The position numbers and the translations under genes are program-made. The notes below the pieces were generated by a model that ran no database searches, had not been told where the DNA came from, and worked only from the letters and a program-made list of their open reading frames with translations. From Cyanidioschyzon merolae (lineage: Eukaryota), in the NCBI GenBank assembly GCA_000091205.1, contig AP006491.2: 64,000 nucleotides of DNA. One strand, written 5' to 3'. Shown here one piece after another: positions 20,545 through 31,261 of this stretch. Position 1 is the first letter of the stretch; each line of letters starts with the position of its first letter.

Positions 20545-21372
20545 ATGGAGCCCCTAAGAATAGGTTTTCTTGGCGGAGGTGCCATGTGTGAAGCCATACT
20601 CCGTGGGCTGTTGGACAAAAAGGTTGTGCAGAGCTCCGATGTATGGGTAAGCGACGTCGCTGAGTCTCGTCTGGAAGTAATGCGAGGTCTCGGCGTCAAC
20701 GCCACTGCAAACGGTCGAAAGGTAGTTGAAAAAGCCTCTGTGATTTTGCTTGCCGTCAAACCGGACACGGTACCTGAGGTACTACGCGATGTTCACGACC
20801 TGATCAAGCAGAGCCAACTCCTTGTGTCAATCTGCGCTGGAGTGCCTTTACAAGCTTTGGAGGACCTCGTGCCGGACGGTGTGGCGGTCGTCCGAGTCAT
20901 GCCCAACACCCCGTGCCTCGTCGGCGCCGCAGGCTCCGCCTATGCTCTCGGAAAGAACGCTTCACTCGCAAACCATGCGAATATCGTGGAGGCAATATTT
21001 GGAGCCGTTGGACTGACTGTCCGTGTTCCAGAGAAGCTGCTCGATGCAGTTACGGGAGTGAGTGGCTCCGGACCGGCATACGTTTTTATGTTCATGGAGG
21101 CGCTCGCTGACGGAGGCGTTTGTGCGGGGCTCCCACGTGACATTGCAAAGAAACTGGCTGTCCAAACAGTGTACGGATCAGCGAAGATGGCCATGGAAAA
21201 CGAAAACATGCATCTCGCAGAGCTCCGTAACCGCGTTGAATCACCGGGTGGAACAACAATAGCAGCGTCTCGCGCTCTAGAGGCAAACAGCTTCCGTGCA
21301 ACTGTCATCGGCGCGGTCATGGCCGCGGCCCAGAGAAGCGCTGAAATGCGAACAAAGCCGTCGCCGTTCTAG
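20545..21372 (+). CDS. pyrroline-5-carboxylate reductase (275 aa from Met MEPLRIGFLGGGAM; ORF opens at 20476)
   Basis: N-terminal Rossmann motif IGFLGGGAMCEAIL, a P5CR C-terminal dimerisation domain (VESPGGTTIAASRALE), and full-length collinearity with ProC/PYCR. Confidence 0.88.
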   Translation: MEPLRIGFLGGGAMCEAILRGLLDKKVVQSSDVWVSDVAESRLEVMRGLGVNATANGRKVVEKASVILLAVKPDTVPEVLRDVHDLIKQSQLLVSICAGVPLQALEDLVPDGVAVVRVMPNTPCLVGAAGSAYALGKNASLANHANIVEAIFGAVGLTVRVPEKLLDAVTGVSGSGPAYVFMFMEALADGGVCAGLPRDIAKKLAVQTVYGSAKMAMENENMHLAELRNRVESPGGTTIAASRALEANSFRATVIGAVMAAAQRSAEMRTKPSPF

Positions 21373-21459
21373 AAAGGGGGCATGGCCTTCGTCAGACTGA
21401 ACCGTAACATAGTGGAACGAGAATTGTTTTAAGACCGCAAAACCAGAAAGTAATTTCTC

Positions 21460-22260
21460 TCATGAATCTATATCCTCAGCAGAGCCAAGTCTTTGGCCAG
21501 TACCCCAGTGATGCCCCCGTATTTGTGAAAGAATGGAAGCGCTGCGGGGCTGAGTTATTTCGTTTCTCTGATTGCGAGGTTGGTTGCGTGGACGTTCTCC
21601 AAACAGTCGGTACATCCAACTGGGCGTTTTGGTGATTCCCGCTCTTTGGTGTCCATGAAGCGATGGATATATCGCATCCAAGAAGTAGAAGAGGTGACCA
21701 CTGAGCACGCCAACGATGCCTGGGATATCGAGCCGTCCTGCGAGCAGCGTATTAATTGCCAAAAGCGCGAAAGAAAGGTACGCAGCGGGGACGGCAAAGA
21801 CAAAGACATGAACTCGTTCACGTGGAAACTTTCGCGACCATACATGCATTATGGCCATCATTAAACATCTGCCGAGAATCGGAAGTGGTACCAAGACCAT
21901 TGAGGCCAAACACAAGAAAAACTCGATTACTACCAACATCCAAGTGTACTCAGCGGAAGAGCCCATGAAGACTCCGGTTTCGAGGGATTTTGAGAAGCGA
22001 TAAAGAAACACTAGATCGAACAGGAAATTCAAGCCGAGCGGCCCCAGAAGAAATGACGCTGTCAACGGCCGCCAGATCTCGTACTTTCGAAGGACCCGAT
22101 CCCAGTCAAGAAGTACCGCCCCAAACGGAACGAAACCCAGACCACAGGCAAGGGTGAATAAAGTGGCAGCAGTCAGCCAAGTTCTTGTCACCCGGGGAAT
22201 AGAATAATAGAACGAGGTTAGAGACAGCTCGTCCCCTCTCCAGTCACGAACGTTTGCCAT
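21460..22260 (-). CDS. Derlin (Der1-like ERAD membrane protein; start MANVRDW, alternative Met at 22284)
   Basis: IPRVTRTWLTAATLFTL...YEIWRPLTASFLLGPLGLNFLFDLVFLYRFSKSLE...IMHVWSRKFPRERVHVF...LSGHLFYFLDAIYP...GQRLGS aligns across the whole length with Derlin-1/2. Confidence 0.85.
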   Translation of the reverse strand: MANVRDWRGDELSLTSFYYSIPRVTRTWLTAATLFTLACGLGFVPFGAVLLDWDRVLRKYEIWRPLTASFLLGPLGLNFLFDLVFLYRFSKSLETGVFMGSSAEYTWMLVVIEFFLCLASMVLVPLPILGRCLMMAIMHVWSRKFPRERVHVFVFAVPAAYLSFALLAINTLLAGRLDIPGIVGVLSGHLFYFLDAIYPSLHGHQRAGITKTPSWMYRLFGERPRNQPRNQRNEITQPRSASILSQIRGHHWGTGQRLGSAEDIDS

Positions 22261-22303
22261 TGTGCAGCAAGCAGTACGAAACAATTAGATTTAGGTTTCG
22301 CTC

Positions 22304-23284
22304 ATGGAATCGTGGAGACGTTCTTGCAAGTCGTGGAGGGAGCGCTTTTCCGATGATCTGGTTTATGAAATAAATATTCATACCGACGAATACTTCGGAA
22401 AATTGAAAATTTTTCTCCAACAGGCACCGTCTGGGAGTTACGTCAAGAAAAAGTTTAGAAGCTGCGAAGCCTCTGGTGGAGCAACTGTAGTGAAAAACTT
22501 GAGCTGCGGAGCACCAGTAACGTCAGGAACTCTGGCGTCGCACGGTCCACATCCCAGCGATTTCCGAATCGTCGGTTATGCTCTTAACGAAAAGCGCCTG
22601 TGTCGAGATATTACACCTCCAGAAGAACCGAATCGTTTGTGCGACAGCGCTGCCACTGGCTGGACCGCCTGGGATGCTAGCCTAGTACTAGCGAAGTGGT
22701 TGGAAAGGCGGCCTTACCTCGTGTGTAACAAGTTATGTCTTGAGCTCGGAGCTGGTATCGGCTTAGTATCCTCAGTAGCCTACTGCCTCGGGGCAAAGCT
22801 AACTGTATCCACAGACCGGGACGATGTGATATTCCTCCTGAAAAGCAACTTAAACCGTACAGTGGAGGCCTACATAGCGTATAATAATCAACTTAGGGTG
22901 AAACGAGCAGTTGACTCGAAGCTCGCGGCAGAAGTACTTCACTGGGAATCGAAGGAACATTTGGAGCGTGTACTGGCCGTGTATGGCGCTCCTGAAGTCA
23001 TTTTATGTTCAGATCTGGTTTACGAAGAGTTAGCTTCCCGCGCGCTTGTGCACGTACTTGTCCGAATATCGCGAGCAAGCTTGCAAATGGGGAGAAAACC
23101 TTTGATCATAATGGCGCAGGACGAGCACGTCCCTGAAGTTCTCGAACAATTCTTGGCCGGCATAAGTGCGTTTTTCACTGTTGACCGTGTGCCATGCTTA
23201 GATTTTAATCCGAATTTTAGCAGTGAGTTGATTAGAGTTTACCTTTTCCGGCCAAAAGCTGAACACTTTTTATATAATCAGTAA
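22304..23284 (+). CDS. protein-lysine N-methyltransferase, METTL21/FAM86 (Methyltransf_16) family
   Basis: AATGWTAWDASLVLAKWL...LCLELGAGIGLVSSVAYCLGAKLTVSTDRDD...CSDLVYEE matches the SAM-binding core of class I METTL21-type methyltransferases. The last 7 codons plus the stop lie inside the terminal sequence of repeat B3. Confidence 0.75.
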   Translation: MESWRRSCKSWRERFSDDLVYEINIHTDEYFGKLKIFLQQAPSGSYVKKKFRSCEASGGATVVKNLSCGAPVTSGTLASHGPHPSDFRIVGYALNEKRLCRDITPPEEPNRLCDSAATGWTAWDASLVLAKWLERRPYLVCNKLCLELGAGIGLVSSVAYCLGAKLTVSTDRDDVIFLLKSNLNRTVEAYIAYNNQLRVKRAVDSKLAAEVLHWESKEHLERVLAVYGAPEVILCSDLVYEELASRALVHVLVRISRASLQMGRKPLIIMAQDEHVPEVLEQFLAGISAFFTVDRVPCLDFNPNFSSELIRVYLFRPKAEHFLYNQ

Positions 23285-24808
23285 CACGAGACATGCTTCC
23301 CGGCCATTGAGGGTAAATATATACCCACATGCGGACGCCTCCCAGCCTTTTTTGACCCGCCGCCTGCAATCGGTTCCAGTTGATTCACGCACACTTCGAG
23401 CCTCAGCAGTTGCCACATAGCGTTGGATCGTGTCAGCTGCTCGGGTCTCGTCTTCAGCACAACGCATCGTCTGATATTGGTAGCAGCGTTCAAGTCTCGG
23501 CTTACGAGCTCCATGCGTTTACTGCCGATCCCTGATCTCATCACACCGAGGGTTCTTAGTACTCGTGCCCTCTGTTCCGCTACAGTCTCGTCATCGTTCC
23601 ACTCGACAAACACCGTCCCTCGCCTATCTCCTTCTTCTCCTTCTTCGCCACTTGCTCTTCTTCGCTCGATGGTCGGCGAGAGGAGGCATTTTTCGTTCTG
23701 GCTGCGTCGAATCCAGCAATGACGGAACTCAGGATCCCCGACTTCCACATCCATACCATTCCCTTGGATTCTCTGTTTCTTCAAAATCATAGCGATTGTT
23801 CATTCGTTTAGGTGAGGACCTTCCCGCAAAAGCTAGGACTCGCGAAAGTAAGACACCATGCGCCCGTGTGTCAACGTGTGCCGGAAGCTTCAGCGATGAC
23901 CCCACTGGAGCGACATCATACGTTTCACAATGGAAAACATTCTTTTGATGAGGTTGAATCAAGTAGAGCACAGAGGAATGAAAAGCAGCACTATACCTCG
24001 ACAGGATCGGCAAAAGCCCGAACGCAAGGGGAATGGTGAAATGCCACGGTGTCCAGCAGAAGGACGTCGCCCGACGTCGGGGCGAAATCTTCCATGATTC
24101 GATCAAGTGGCTGCTGTTGGTCGATGAGCCTTCTCCACTAGTGAATCTGAGGCCGCAAATAAAGTCCACTCCGTCTGGAGCAGATGATGACATCCTCGCT
24201 CTCTTCGAGCTCGATCGTACATCCAGCGGGTGCACTGTCCGCGAATACCCATTTACGCTCCGGCCGCCTCGTCCGAAGCAAGTTTCATCGACTGAACAAG
24301 CAAACCGACGTCCGTGTCCCGGTCCCTGTGCTCCATACGGATAGTGGCGTTCCACGAACGCTGAAGTAGCTGTGACCTCGGTGGGAAATGGCCGTGCACG
24401 AACTGAGACTTTCTTTTTGCGACTGTACCCCGTGTATTCAGGACCACTCGAACACGCTTTTAAGGAACAGGGACGCGCGTAGCGACTACTATTTTCGCAT
24501 TTGTCTTTCGTAAAAGGTGGTCAGCGGGCCGTTTTCTACCGTTGATCGCGCGCATTCTCTGAGAATATCGATGTTTGACGCAGAGTGCATCTACTTCTTT
24601 CGGTCAGTGTTCGTCAACCATCTGAGTACTGTTGTACGACCGACCTGGAGGAGGAACGCAGTCCTCCATGCACTGTTCAGGAAAGAATATGTATCGCACA
24701 GGCGATTCGCCTACGATCTATCGGGTACATGGCATCGTGATTTCTGGCCCCCGCCCTAGACCGCAAACAGCATTCGATCATACACAGTGCGGCAGGAATA
24801 CAGTTGAG
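23260..24808 (-). mobile_element. Family-B element copy B3: right-end 1.5 kb, same orientation as B2, truncated at 24808
   Basis: Identical ORF set to B2 (23278..23790, 23729..24355, 24033..24344 and others). Has the full right end including the hairpin GGGTAAATATATACCC (23311-23326, reverse-complement). Similarity to B2 is lost after ...GRNTVE (about 24808). Confidence 0.85.
23278..24355 (-). pseudogene. TnpB/Fanzor-like nuclease relic in B3 (RuvC-III DLNAATNI at 23496..23473)
   Basis: Same relic ORFs as B2 and identical to B2 at the sites where B1 differs. Confidence 0.6.
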
Positions 24809-25238
24809 TTGAAAAACTCTAGTATCCGAGGTCGATTTCCTTCAAGTCAATGCGTTCCGGTTCGTCGTCTTATGCGCAAGTTGTGGAAGCTACGTGCTGT
24901 ATTCCGTGTTGCCGCATTTAGGTACGCATTCGCATCCAGAGCGCTCTTTGATGCGAACCGGTCCGCAATATGCAGCGCACATGGCAAGGACTCACACCGT
25001 CAAAGCACGCCGAGCTTCGCACATGAAACTTTTCGAAAGCTGGGAAAGATAATTTGCTCGTCGGTTACCGGACGGGCATCCAGAAGAGACGTATCGACCT
25101 TGTCGAGACATCAAAGGTTTTAGGTTTCTCGTTGCAGCGTCAAGTCGCGCGGACACAAATCCAAGTTTCTTAAGATGATCATCGAGCGGTCGAGGTGGTG
25201 CTCTGTGAGAATAAAGCACATCGCTCGCATCGGTGCTC

Positions 25239-27296
25239 TCAGTACGATGGATACGTGCCGGATGCCTGGCCTGGCAGCGCTCCCGGAACATTCCCAGTGC
25301 CTCCAGTGTTAAAGGGTGACTGCATGCCCCCGCCGGCGGCACGCTGGCCCTGCCATACAGGGTATTGCTGGCTGCCATATGGTTGTGTGGCATACGGTTG
25401 ACCAGCAAACGCCTGTCCAGTATAACCGGAACCGCCGAAAGACTGGTTTCCGTAGCCCTGGGCGTTATACATCATTCCTCCATATGGTTGCGACGCGGCT
25501 GCCTGGTGAGATGTCCCGTAAAATGAACCGAATCCACTGCCGTAGTTGCCTCCTACGGACATGCTTCCACTCGCTGGGTAGAAGTCTGGGTTGCGATTGC
25601 GTCGGACGCTACGAGTCTGCTCATTGGGGACGCCGACCCCTAGGCCTCCTGATGAAATGCCATACGCAGCGGCGTACTGCTGGGGATACGCACCGCTACC
25701 GTAATACAACTCAGTTTGGTTGTAGCCAGTGCTGTGCGTGGGTGCTGCTCCCGAGCTGCCCATTGATGCCGGTTGCGCATGGGGCATCGTACTCAGTTTC
25801 GGTTCACCAGGACCGGCAGCATATGAAAGGTTTTGGTTTGTCATATTCGGCGCTGCTTTCGGGGGGTATGCTGTGTCGGTGTAGCCACCATACGGCTGGT
25901 AATACGGATAGCCCTGGAGGCCATAATTTGGAACATGGCCCGGCACTCCGTAGGGGTAGTATCCGTAATAGTTAGGGGGTACACCGTTCACTTGTGCCGG
26001 ATAATGTTGTGGTGACTGAATGTGCTCCGCAGGCGCCGAGTAAGTTTGTCCGCTGTTATTCTCATTCGATGTGTTCGCAGCGGTTTCAGAACCCGACTGC
26101 TGGTTCTCTAACCGCGCATTCTCGCGTGGTTGGCTGCGAACTGCGTTCGGGTTTGGTGCCATCGACCATGATTCTGGCGTGCTGAGTTTTGCATTTGATT
26201 CAACCTGCAAGGACTTGCTCTGCGCAGCAGAAATTGTTGCAGGGGGCTGCAGGCCCGACGGCAGTCTTTCGGCCCCATCGTACGGAACTTGCCTCGAGGG
26301 CTCTAATGGCCGGCTCCCTTGTGCAACACCGCTTTCCGTACTGTCCAATGATTGGTTGGGCAGAGGCTGCCCGTTCACCGCCATGTTGCTAAAGCTCATG
26401 CTCAGATGGTGCTCTTCATTCGGGTAATGCTTCTCTATAGTCGGCATATTCGATACAGGCGGAGCATTAGCCCGGCTTTCAGTCGATACCATGCGTCCGT
26501 GACTCACTGTCTCCGCTCCGGTCTCCGCTGATGTCGCTACCGCAGAACTCGAGGCAGTGTACTGCGCTTTGTGAGACTCGAGCGACGAGCCAGTAGGCGC
26601 CGTGCTAGGCTCGAGACTCGAATTCGCACCAGCATCCACGGGCTGATTATTCTCAGTGGGTGCTGTTACTTCTTGCACTTTCTTCGCCTTCAAACGATCC
26701 GCCCAGGTAGGGCCCGCTGGTTTCGGTGGGGCGAGCCCCGCAGCCTTCGTCGGAGCTGGTGCGTTGTCCGCTTCCTCTTTAGCAGCGGTCTGCTTCGAGC
26801 GCTCCCCGTTCCTGGCGCTAGCGTTTGCCTTGCGTTCAGGAAACGGCTTCCCTGATTTAGCGCCACCTTTTGGTCTCGACGGACCGGGGCGTCTCGGCTT
26901 GATTTTTGAGTCTGGTTCAGCAGCAGCGCTCGAGGCTCGACTATTCTGCTGACGCACCTGCGCGCCCTCCGTGTTGGGCACTCCCCGCCCCTGGTGCACC
27001 TTCCTGGGTGCACCACCGGTAAGGGGCACCGATCGATTGTTATTGTTGTTTTTTGTCTGGCTCCCGGGACGTCTCTTCTTGTCGCCAACCTCGTGCCATA
27101 CGTCGACCTTGCCCGTGAGAAACTTTTCAACAGCCACTTCCTCGTCCATATGTACCTGCTGGAGAATCCTGTACGCGTCTTCCTTCCCAACGTTACAAAC
27201 TTCCGCGACGTTCGCGACTTTCTTAGCTGCCGAAGCAGGGATACGAGTGGAACTCATTGCTTCGTTCTCGCTAGAAGATAGCTGGCTCCAACGCAA
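25239..27296 (-). CDS. GIP1-N (DUF1296, CUE/UBA-like) domain protein with a long Q/N/Y/G/P-rich prion-like low-complexity C-terminal region (685 aa; start possibly Met MSSTRIP at 27257)
   Basis: N-terminus KKVANVAEVCNVGKEDAYRILQQVHMDEEVAVEKFL fits the GBF-interacting-protein N-terminal helical domain. The rest is compositionally biased (YGYYPYGVPGHVPNYGLQGYPYYQPYGGY). Confidence 0.5.
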   Translation of the reverse strand: MRWSQLSSSENEAMSSTRIPASAAKKVANVAEVCNVGKEDAYRILQQVHMDEEVAVEKFLTGKVDVWHEVGDKKRRPGSQTKNNNNNRSVPLTGGAPRKVHQGRGVPNTEGAQVRQQNSRASSAAAEPDSKIKPRRPGPSRPKGGAKSGKPFPERKANASARNGERSKQTAAKEEADNAPAPTKAAGLAPPKPAGPTWADRLKAKKVQEVTAPTENNQPVDAGANSSLEPSTAPTGSSLESHKAQYTASSSAVATSAETGAETVSHGRMVSTESRANAPPVSNMPTIEKHYPNEEHHLSMSFSNMAVNGQPLPNQSLDSTESGVAQGSRPLEPSRQVPYDGAERLPSGLQPPATISAAQSKSLQVESNAKLSTPESWSMAPNPNAVRSQPRENARLENQQSGSETAANTSNENNSGQTYSAPAEHIQSPQHYPAQVNGVPPNYYGYYPYGVPGHVPNYGLQGYPYYQPYGGYTDTAYPPKAAPNMTNQNLSYAAGPGEPKLSTMPHAQPASMGSSGAAPTHSTGYNQTELYYGSGAYPQQYAAAYGISSGGLGVGVPNEQTRSVRRNRNPDFYPASGSMSVGGNYGSGFGSFYGTSHQAAASQPYGGMMYNAQGYGNQSFGGSGYTGQAFAGQPYATQPYGSQQYPVWQGQRAAGGGMQSPFNTGGTGNVPGALPGQASGTYPSY

Positions 27297-28991
27297 TCCC
27301 AGCGACAGTTGCTGCAGCGCGCGTGATGGGAGCCGCCGCGCATGCGGCCGGCCGCGTTCCCGGCGGCGGGCGATTGCTGGCGGCGCTCATGCCAAGGTGT
27401 CCAGCACCTGCGGAGCAGTACGGATGCCAGTGCTGGTGCTAGTGTTAGAGGCGTCCTTATTGGGTGGAGCTCGAAGGTCTGTAGAGTCCACATCGACGAT
27501 GAGGATATCGGGTAGGGTGCACAGCGGTCAGGCATAGTTCACAGAAGCGTCAAGCAAAATTCCACGAAGCCGAAGAGAGCTTGCGCACACATGAGCGGAG
27601 ATCGCGGAGGTCATTCTGTGGGTACCGCCCACCTTATATGCATCATCTCTTGATGAGCTTGCCTTGGCGTTCGAGGAATGCACCTGTGCAGCTTATCCAG
27701 GTCTGAAACGCTGCTGCGCTGCGCCTCACCTGCTCTGGCAGCTGCGACGTGACGGAGTTGCGGTTGCAGCTACGTCAAAGACAAAAACCTTTCAGTGATG
27801 GTCTCGGAAGGATTTTGTTGAAGAACAGGTTGCATTATTCAACGGACATGGAGAGTGTGATTCAGCTTAGATTAGGCGGGAACAGCAAGGAATGGGGCGT
27901 GGCCCTTGGGTGAGGCTTTGGGAATGTCGGAGACGGTCATGAAGGTTGCGCACGGCCTGGTGGGCACCAGTACGGACAGCACCATACGGCAGCGCTTGAA
28001 GGCATTCTCAGGCAGCTGTCCGTCGAGGGCGCGGATCAGCCAATTGCTCAATTCTAGCGATGATTTTTTTCATTTCGCTCTCCGAGTGACAGGCTCGCGC
28101 TCCCTGTAAACTTCATCCCATGCCTGGAATGGCGAGCATGTATCGACTCAAACCAGATTTCTACGAATGTATATTTTCAAAGCGTGCAGAAGCTTTTTGA
28201 CCGCTGCTCGCAATGCTTTCCGAGACAGGTATTCCAAAACTAACCGGAAAGCACCGAGATAGGAACGAGGCCGTCAAAAGGTTTTCCATCTCGCGGAAAG
28301 CAAGGTTCATTTTTTCTTAAACTTTTCATCTAAATATTTAACACGACTGCCGATAAAACTACTGAGAAAGCACGGCCTGAGCATTTCATCTGTGCTACCG
28401 CTGGTGTTGAACGCACCCACAGCTCGCCTGCTTCTATGCAGCTTCGCGGCCTTACAAGCCTTACGAACCGGAGCGCGCTCACTCGTAGGTGCCATTACTT
28501 CTCGTGTCAGCGCATAGAGCGTGTACGTTCAAGGCACGCTTTCCCGAAGAATATGCACGCACAGCCGTCTCCCCTGGTAAACCAAGCGTATCGTGCACCG
28601 TTGCAATGATTAGGATTCGTCCTGCATAACGTACAAAGCTCGTCGAGAACTTGCAGCAAACGTCTCACTGCCCTTCGTTCGTCTGTAATATGAAAGCAGA
28701 AACTCCAAAGAGGCACCGTATCCAGCGCATAGCAAAGCTGCGCAACAGACACTGCACGAAGCGCGTGCGGATCCATCGCTCAGATCGCGCGCGATGCAAC
28801 CCGGCGAGCCGTGCGACGTTGCGTGACAACGGGACGCCCTGCAGCGCACAGCCGCCGGATCCGCTCGATCCAGAAAAGCTGCACGCCTCCGCTGGAGGAT
28901 CGCAACTGATGCCGGTGCGCGTGTAATGCAGCCGGACAGACGGCACTTCGGAGCGCTGTTCCTGGGTACTCTTGCGTAGCCTTTACTCACG

Positions 28992-30419
28992 ATGAGCCTG
29001 CCTGCCCGGGTGCCGTCTAATTCTGCAGATGATGAGCTCCACCCTTACACAAGGATTTTGTCCCCACGAGAAAACCTGCTCGGAGGTGAGCCTGTCGGTA
29101 AGTTTGGCGTCCCGCACTTGCGACAGTTCTTTGAACATATAGGGCGCTTCCCTTCGCCCCTTTTGACGGCGACGGAGACGCACTCTCTTGGAAGGTCATT
29201 CATACCCGACGATGAGACTGTGCTCGTGGACATTGTGACCAGATGGGGTGAACCGTCTCCATCACGCGAATATATGCGTTCTGGTCCACGGGAGTTTCTT
29301 GCATTTCATCCGCAAACGGTTCGCGCAGCTATTGTTACTTGTGGTGGCCTTTGCCCCGGTATTAATACGGTAGTGAAAGAAATTTACCAATCGCTACGCA
29401 ACATCTATGGCGTGAAGGAGGTTCACGGTGTACAAATGGGCTACCGTGGCTTTTACACTGCCGAGCTCGATACCATTCTCTTGAACGACGTGTACCTGAA
29501 GGGAATACAACATCGTGGTGGCAGCGTTCTGGGCACCACAAGAGGCGGCTTCGACTTAGGGCTGATTGTCGACTCGATTGCTTCCAGGGGTTTCAATCAG
29601 GTGTATATTATCGGCGGGGATGGCACGCATCGAGGCGCATACAAGATCTTTGAAGAATGCATCCGGCGGAGACTCATGGTTTCCGTCGTTGGCATCCCGA
29701 AGACAATTGATAATGATATTGCAATCATCGACCACAGCTTCGGATTTGTTACTGCTGTCCAGGAAGCGCAGCGCGCTATTCGGGCTGCTTACGTAGAGGC
29801 CACCTCCGGATACAATGGAATTGGACTCGTGCGTCTTATGGGACGAAACTCGGGCTATATCTCTATGATGGCTACGCTGGCGGCCGGTGACGTTGACGTC
29901 TGCCTCATACCTGAGATCGACTTCGACCTGGATGGGCCTCACGGCTTGCTTGTGCATATCGAAAATCTGCTTCGGCACAAGAAATACTGCGTCATTGTGA
30001 TTGCGGAAGGAGCGGGACTGCAGTATACTCAGAATGCTCAAGAAGAGAAGAAGGAAGTTGACGCGAGCGGGAATATTAAGATGCAAAATGTGGGGCTGTG
30101 GTTGGCCGAGAGGATCAACAGTTGGTTCAGCCTCCGAGGAATTGAGGTCAACCTGAAATTCTTGGATCCGACCTACGAGATCAGATCAGTTCCCGCCGTG
30201 GCGACTGACAACATTATGTGCACGTTGCTGGCGCAGAGCGCAGTACACGGAGCTATGGCTGGATTTACTGGCTTTACATGCGGGACGGTGAATACACACC
30301 ACGTCATGATACCGATGAAAGAAATTATCAGCAGAGGGCGAAATCGTGTGGATCTCAGCTCCCGTATGTGGCATCGAGTGCTCGCGGCGACCATGCAGCC
30401 ACCACTGAAGAACAAGTGA
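28992..30419 (+). CDS. 6-phosphofructokinase, plant/protist long type (475 aa)
   Basis: GGLCPGINTVVKEI, IIGGDGTHRGA, GIPKTIDNDI and MGRNSGYI active-site blocks. Gly (GGDGT) at one discriminator position and Lys (PKTID) at the other, as in plant ATP-PFKs. Confidence 0.9.
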   Translation: MSLPARVPSNSADDELHPYTRILSPRENLLGGEPVGKFGVPHLRQFFEHIGRFPSPLLTATETHSLGRSFIPDDETVLVDIVTRWGEPSPSREYMRSGPREFLAFHPQTVRAAIVTCGGLCPGINTVVKEIYQSLRNIYGVKEVHGVQMGYRGFYTAELDTILLNDVYLKGIQHRGGSVLGTTRGGFDLGLIVDSIASRGFNQVYIIGGDGTHRGAYKIFEECIRRRLMVSVVGIPKTIDNDIAIIDHSFGFVTAVQEAQRAIRAAYVEATSGYNGIGLVRLMGRNSGYISMMATLAAGDVDVCLIPEIDFDLDGPHGLLVHIENLLRHKKYCVIVIAEGAGLQYTQNAQEEKKEVDASGNIKMQNVGLWLAERINSWFSLRGIEVNLKFLDPTYEIRSVPAVATDNIMCTLLAQSAVHGAMAGFTGFTCGTVNTHHVMIPMKEIISRGRNRVDLSSRMWHRVLAATMQPPLKNK

Positions 30420-31261
30420 TGTCACTGGAGAGCTCCGTGTCTATGCGCTCAATCATGTATGTCGAAGGAAACGGGTTCTGGTTGGTGGCCCTTTCACAAT
30501 AACTGAGATTGCCGAGACTTTGCACGCCCAGAGCGGAACTCAGGTTCCAGCGTATAGTTTTCGAGACCAGGAACTATGGAATATGCTGCCAGCCTGCTCA
30601 AGTAGTCCGACGAGGAGATGTCGATGCCAGAATTGAGAGCCTTTCACGGTAAATGTATGGCGAAGTCTCATTTACGAGTGCAGCTCTAAAGCCGTGGTGG
30701 AGCGATTCAGCGGGCTAAGCCAGAGGCTTCCATACGAAGATGGGTCGCTCCACAAGGAATCGGTCGACGACTGATCCTCGGAACGCACACAACATTGGAG
30801 AATCCCGAAGAGCACCATCACTCAGGAGGCCCAGGAGTGAATTGTGCGATGCGCTCAGCCAGCCGACATCGTTCTGGTGACCAGGCAAACGCACATCCCG
30901 CATCTGTCTGCCCTGAAAACTCAATCCCCAAGACCACTGCCGACGACATATGGTGAGTTGCTATGCACTCATGGCCCTTTCTGACAGCATGCCACGGACT
31001 TGGCAAACATCATGCGAAGGGTAACCTTTGCAGGATTTGCCGCTTGCCACCGAATACGGCAAACATGTCGAAACCAAGTGCTAAGGATATCTGTGGTAAA
31101 ATGCAGTGCTGTTCTGTGCTCTGGCACAGACTATTATAGGTGAAATCTGAACCGAAGTTTCTGCGACCTTTCTTCGAATAGAATGACCCAGCACCGCTGG
31201 TTCACTCAAGCCCAAAAGCGCAGAGCTTTTTGTGACCTGCAAGGAGATTTGGTGCGTTTCT

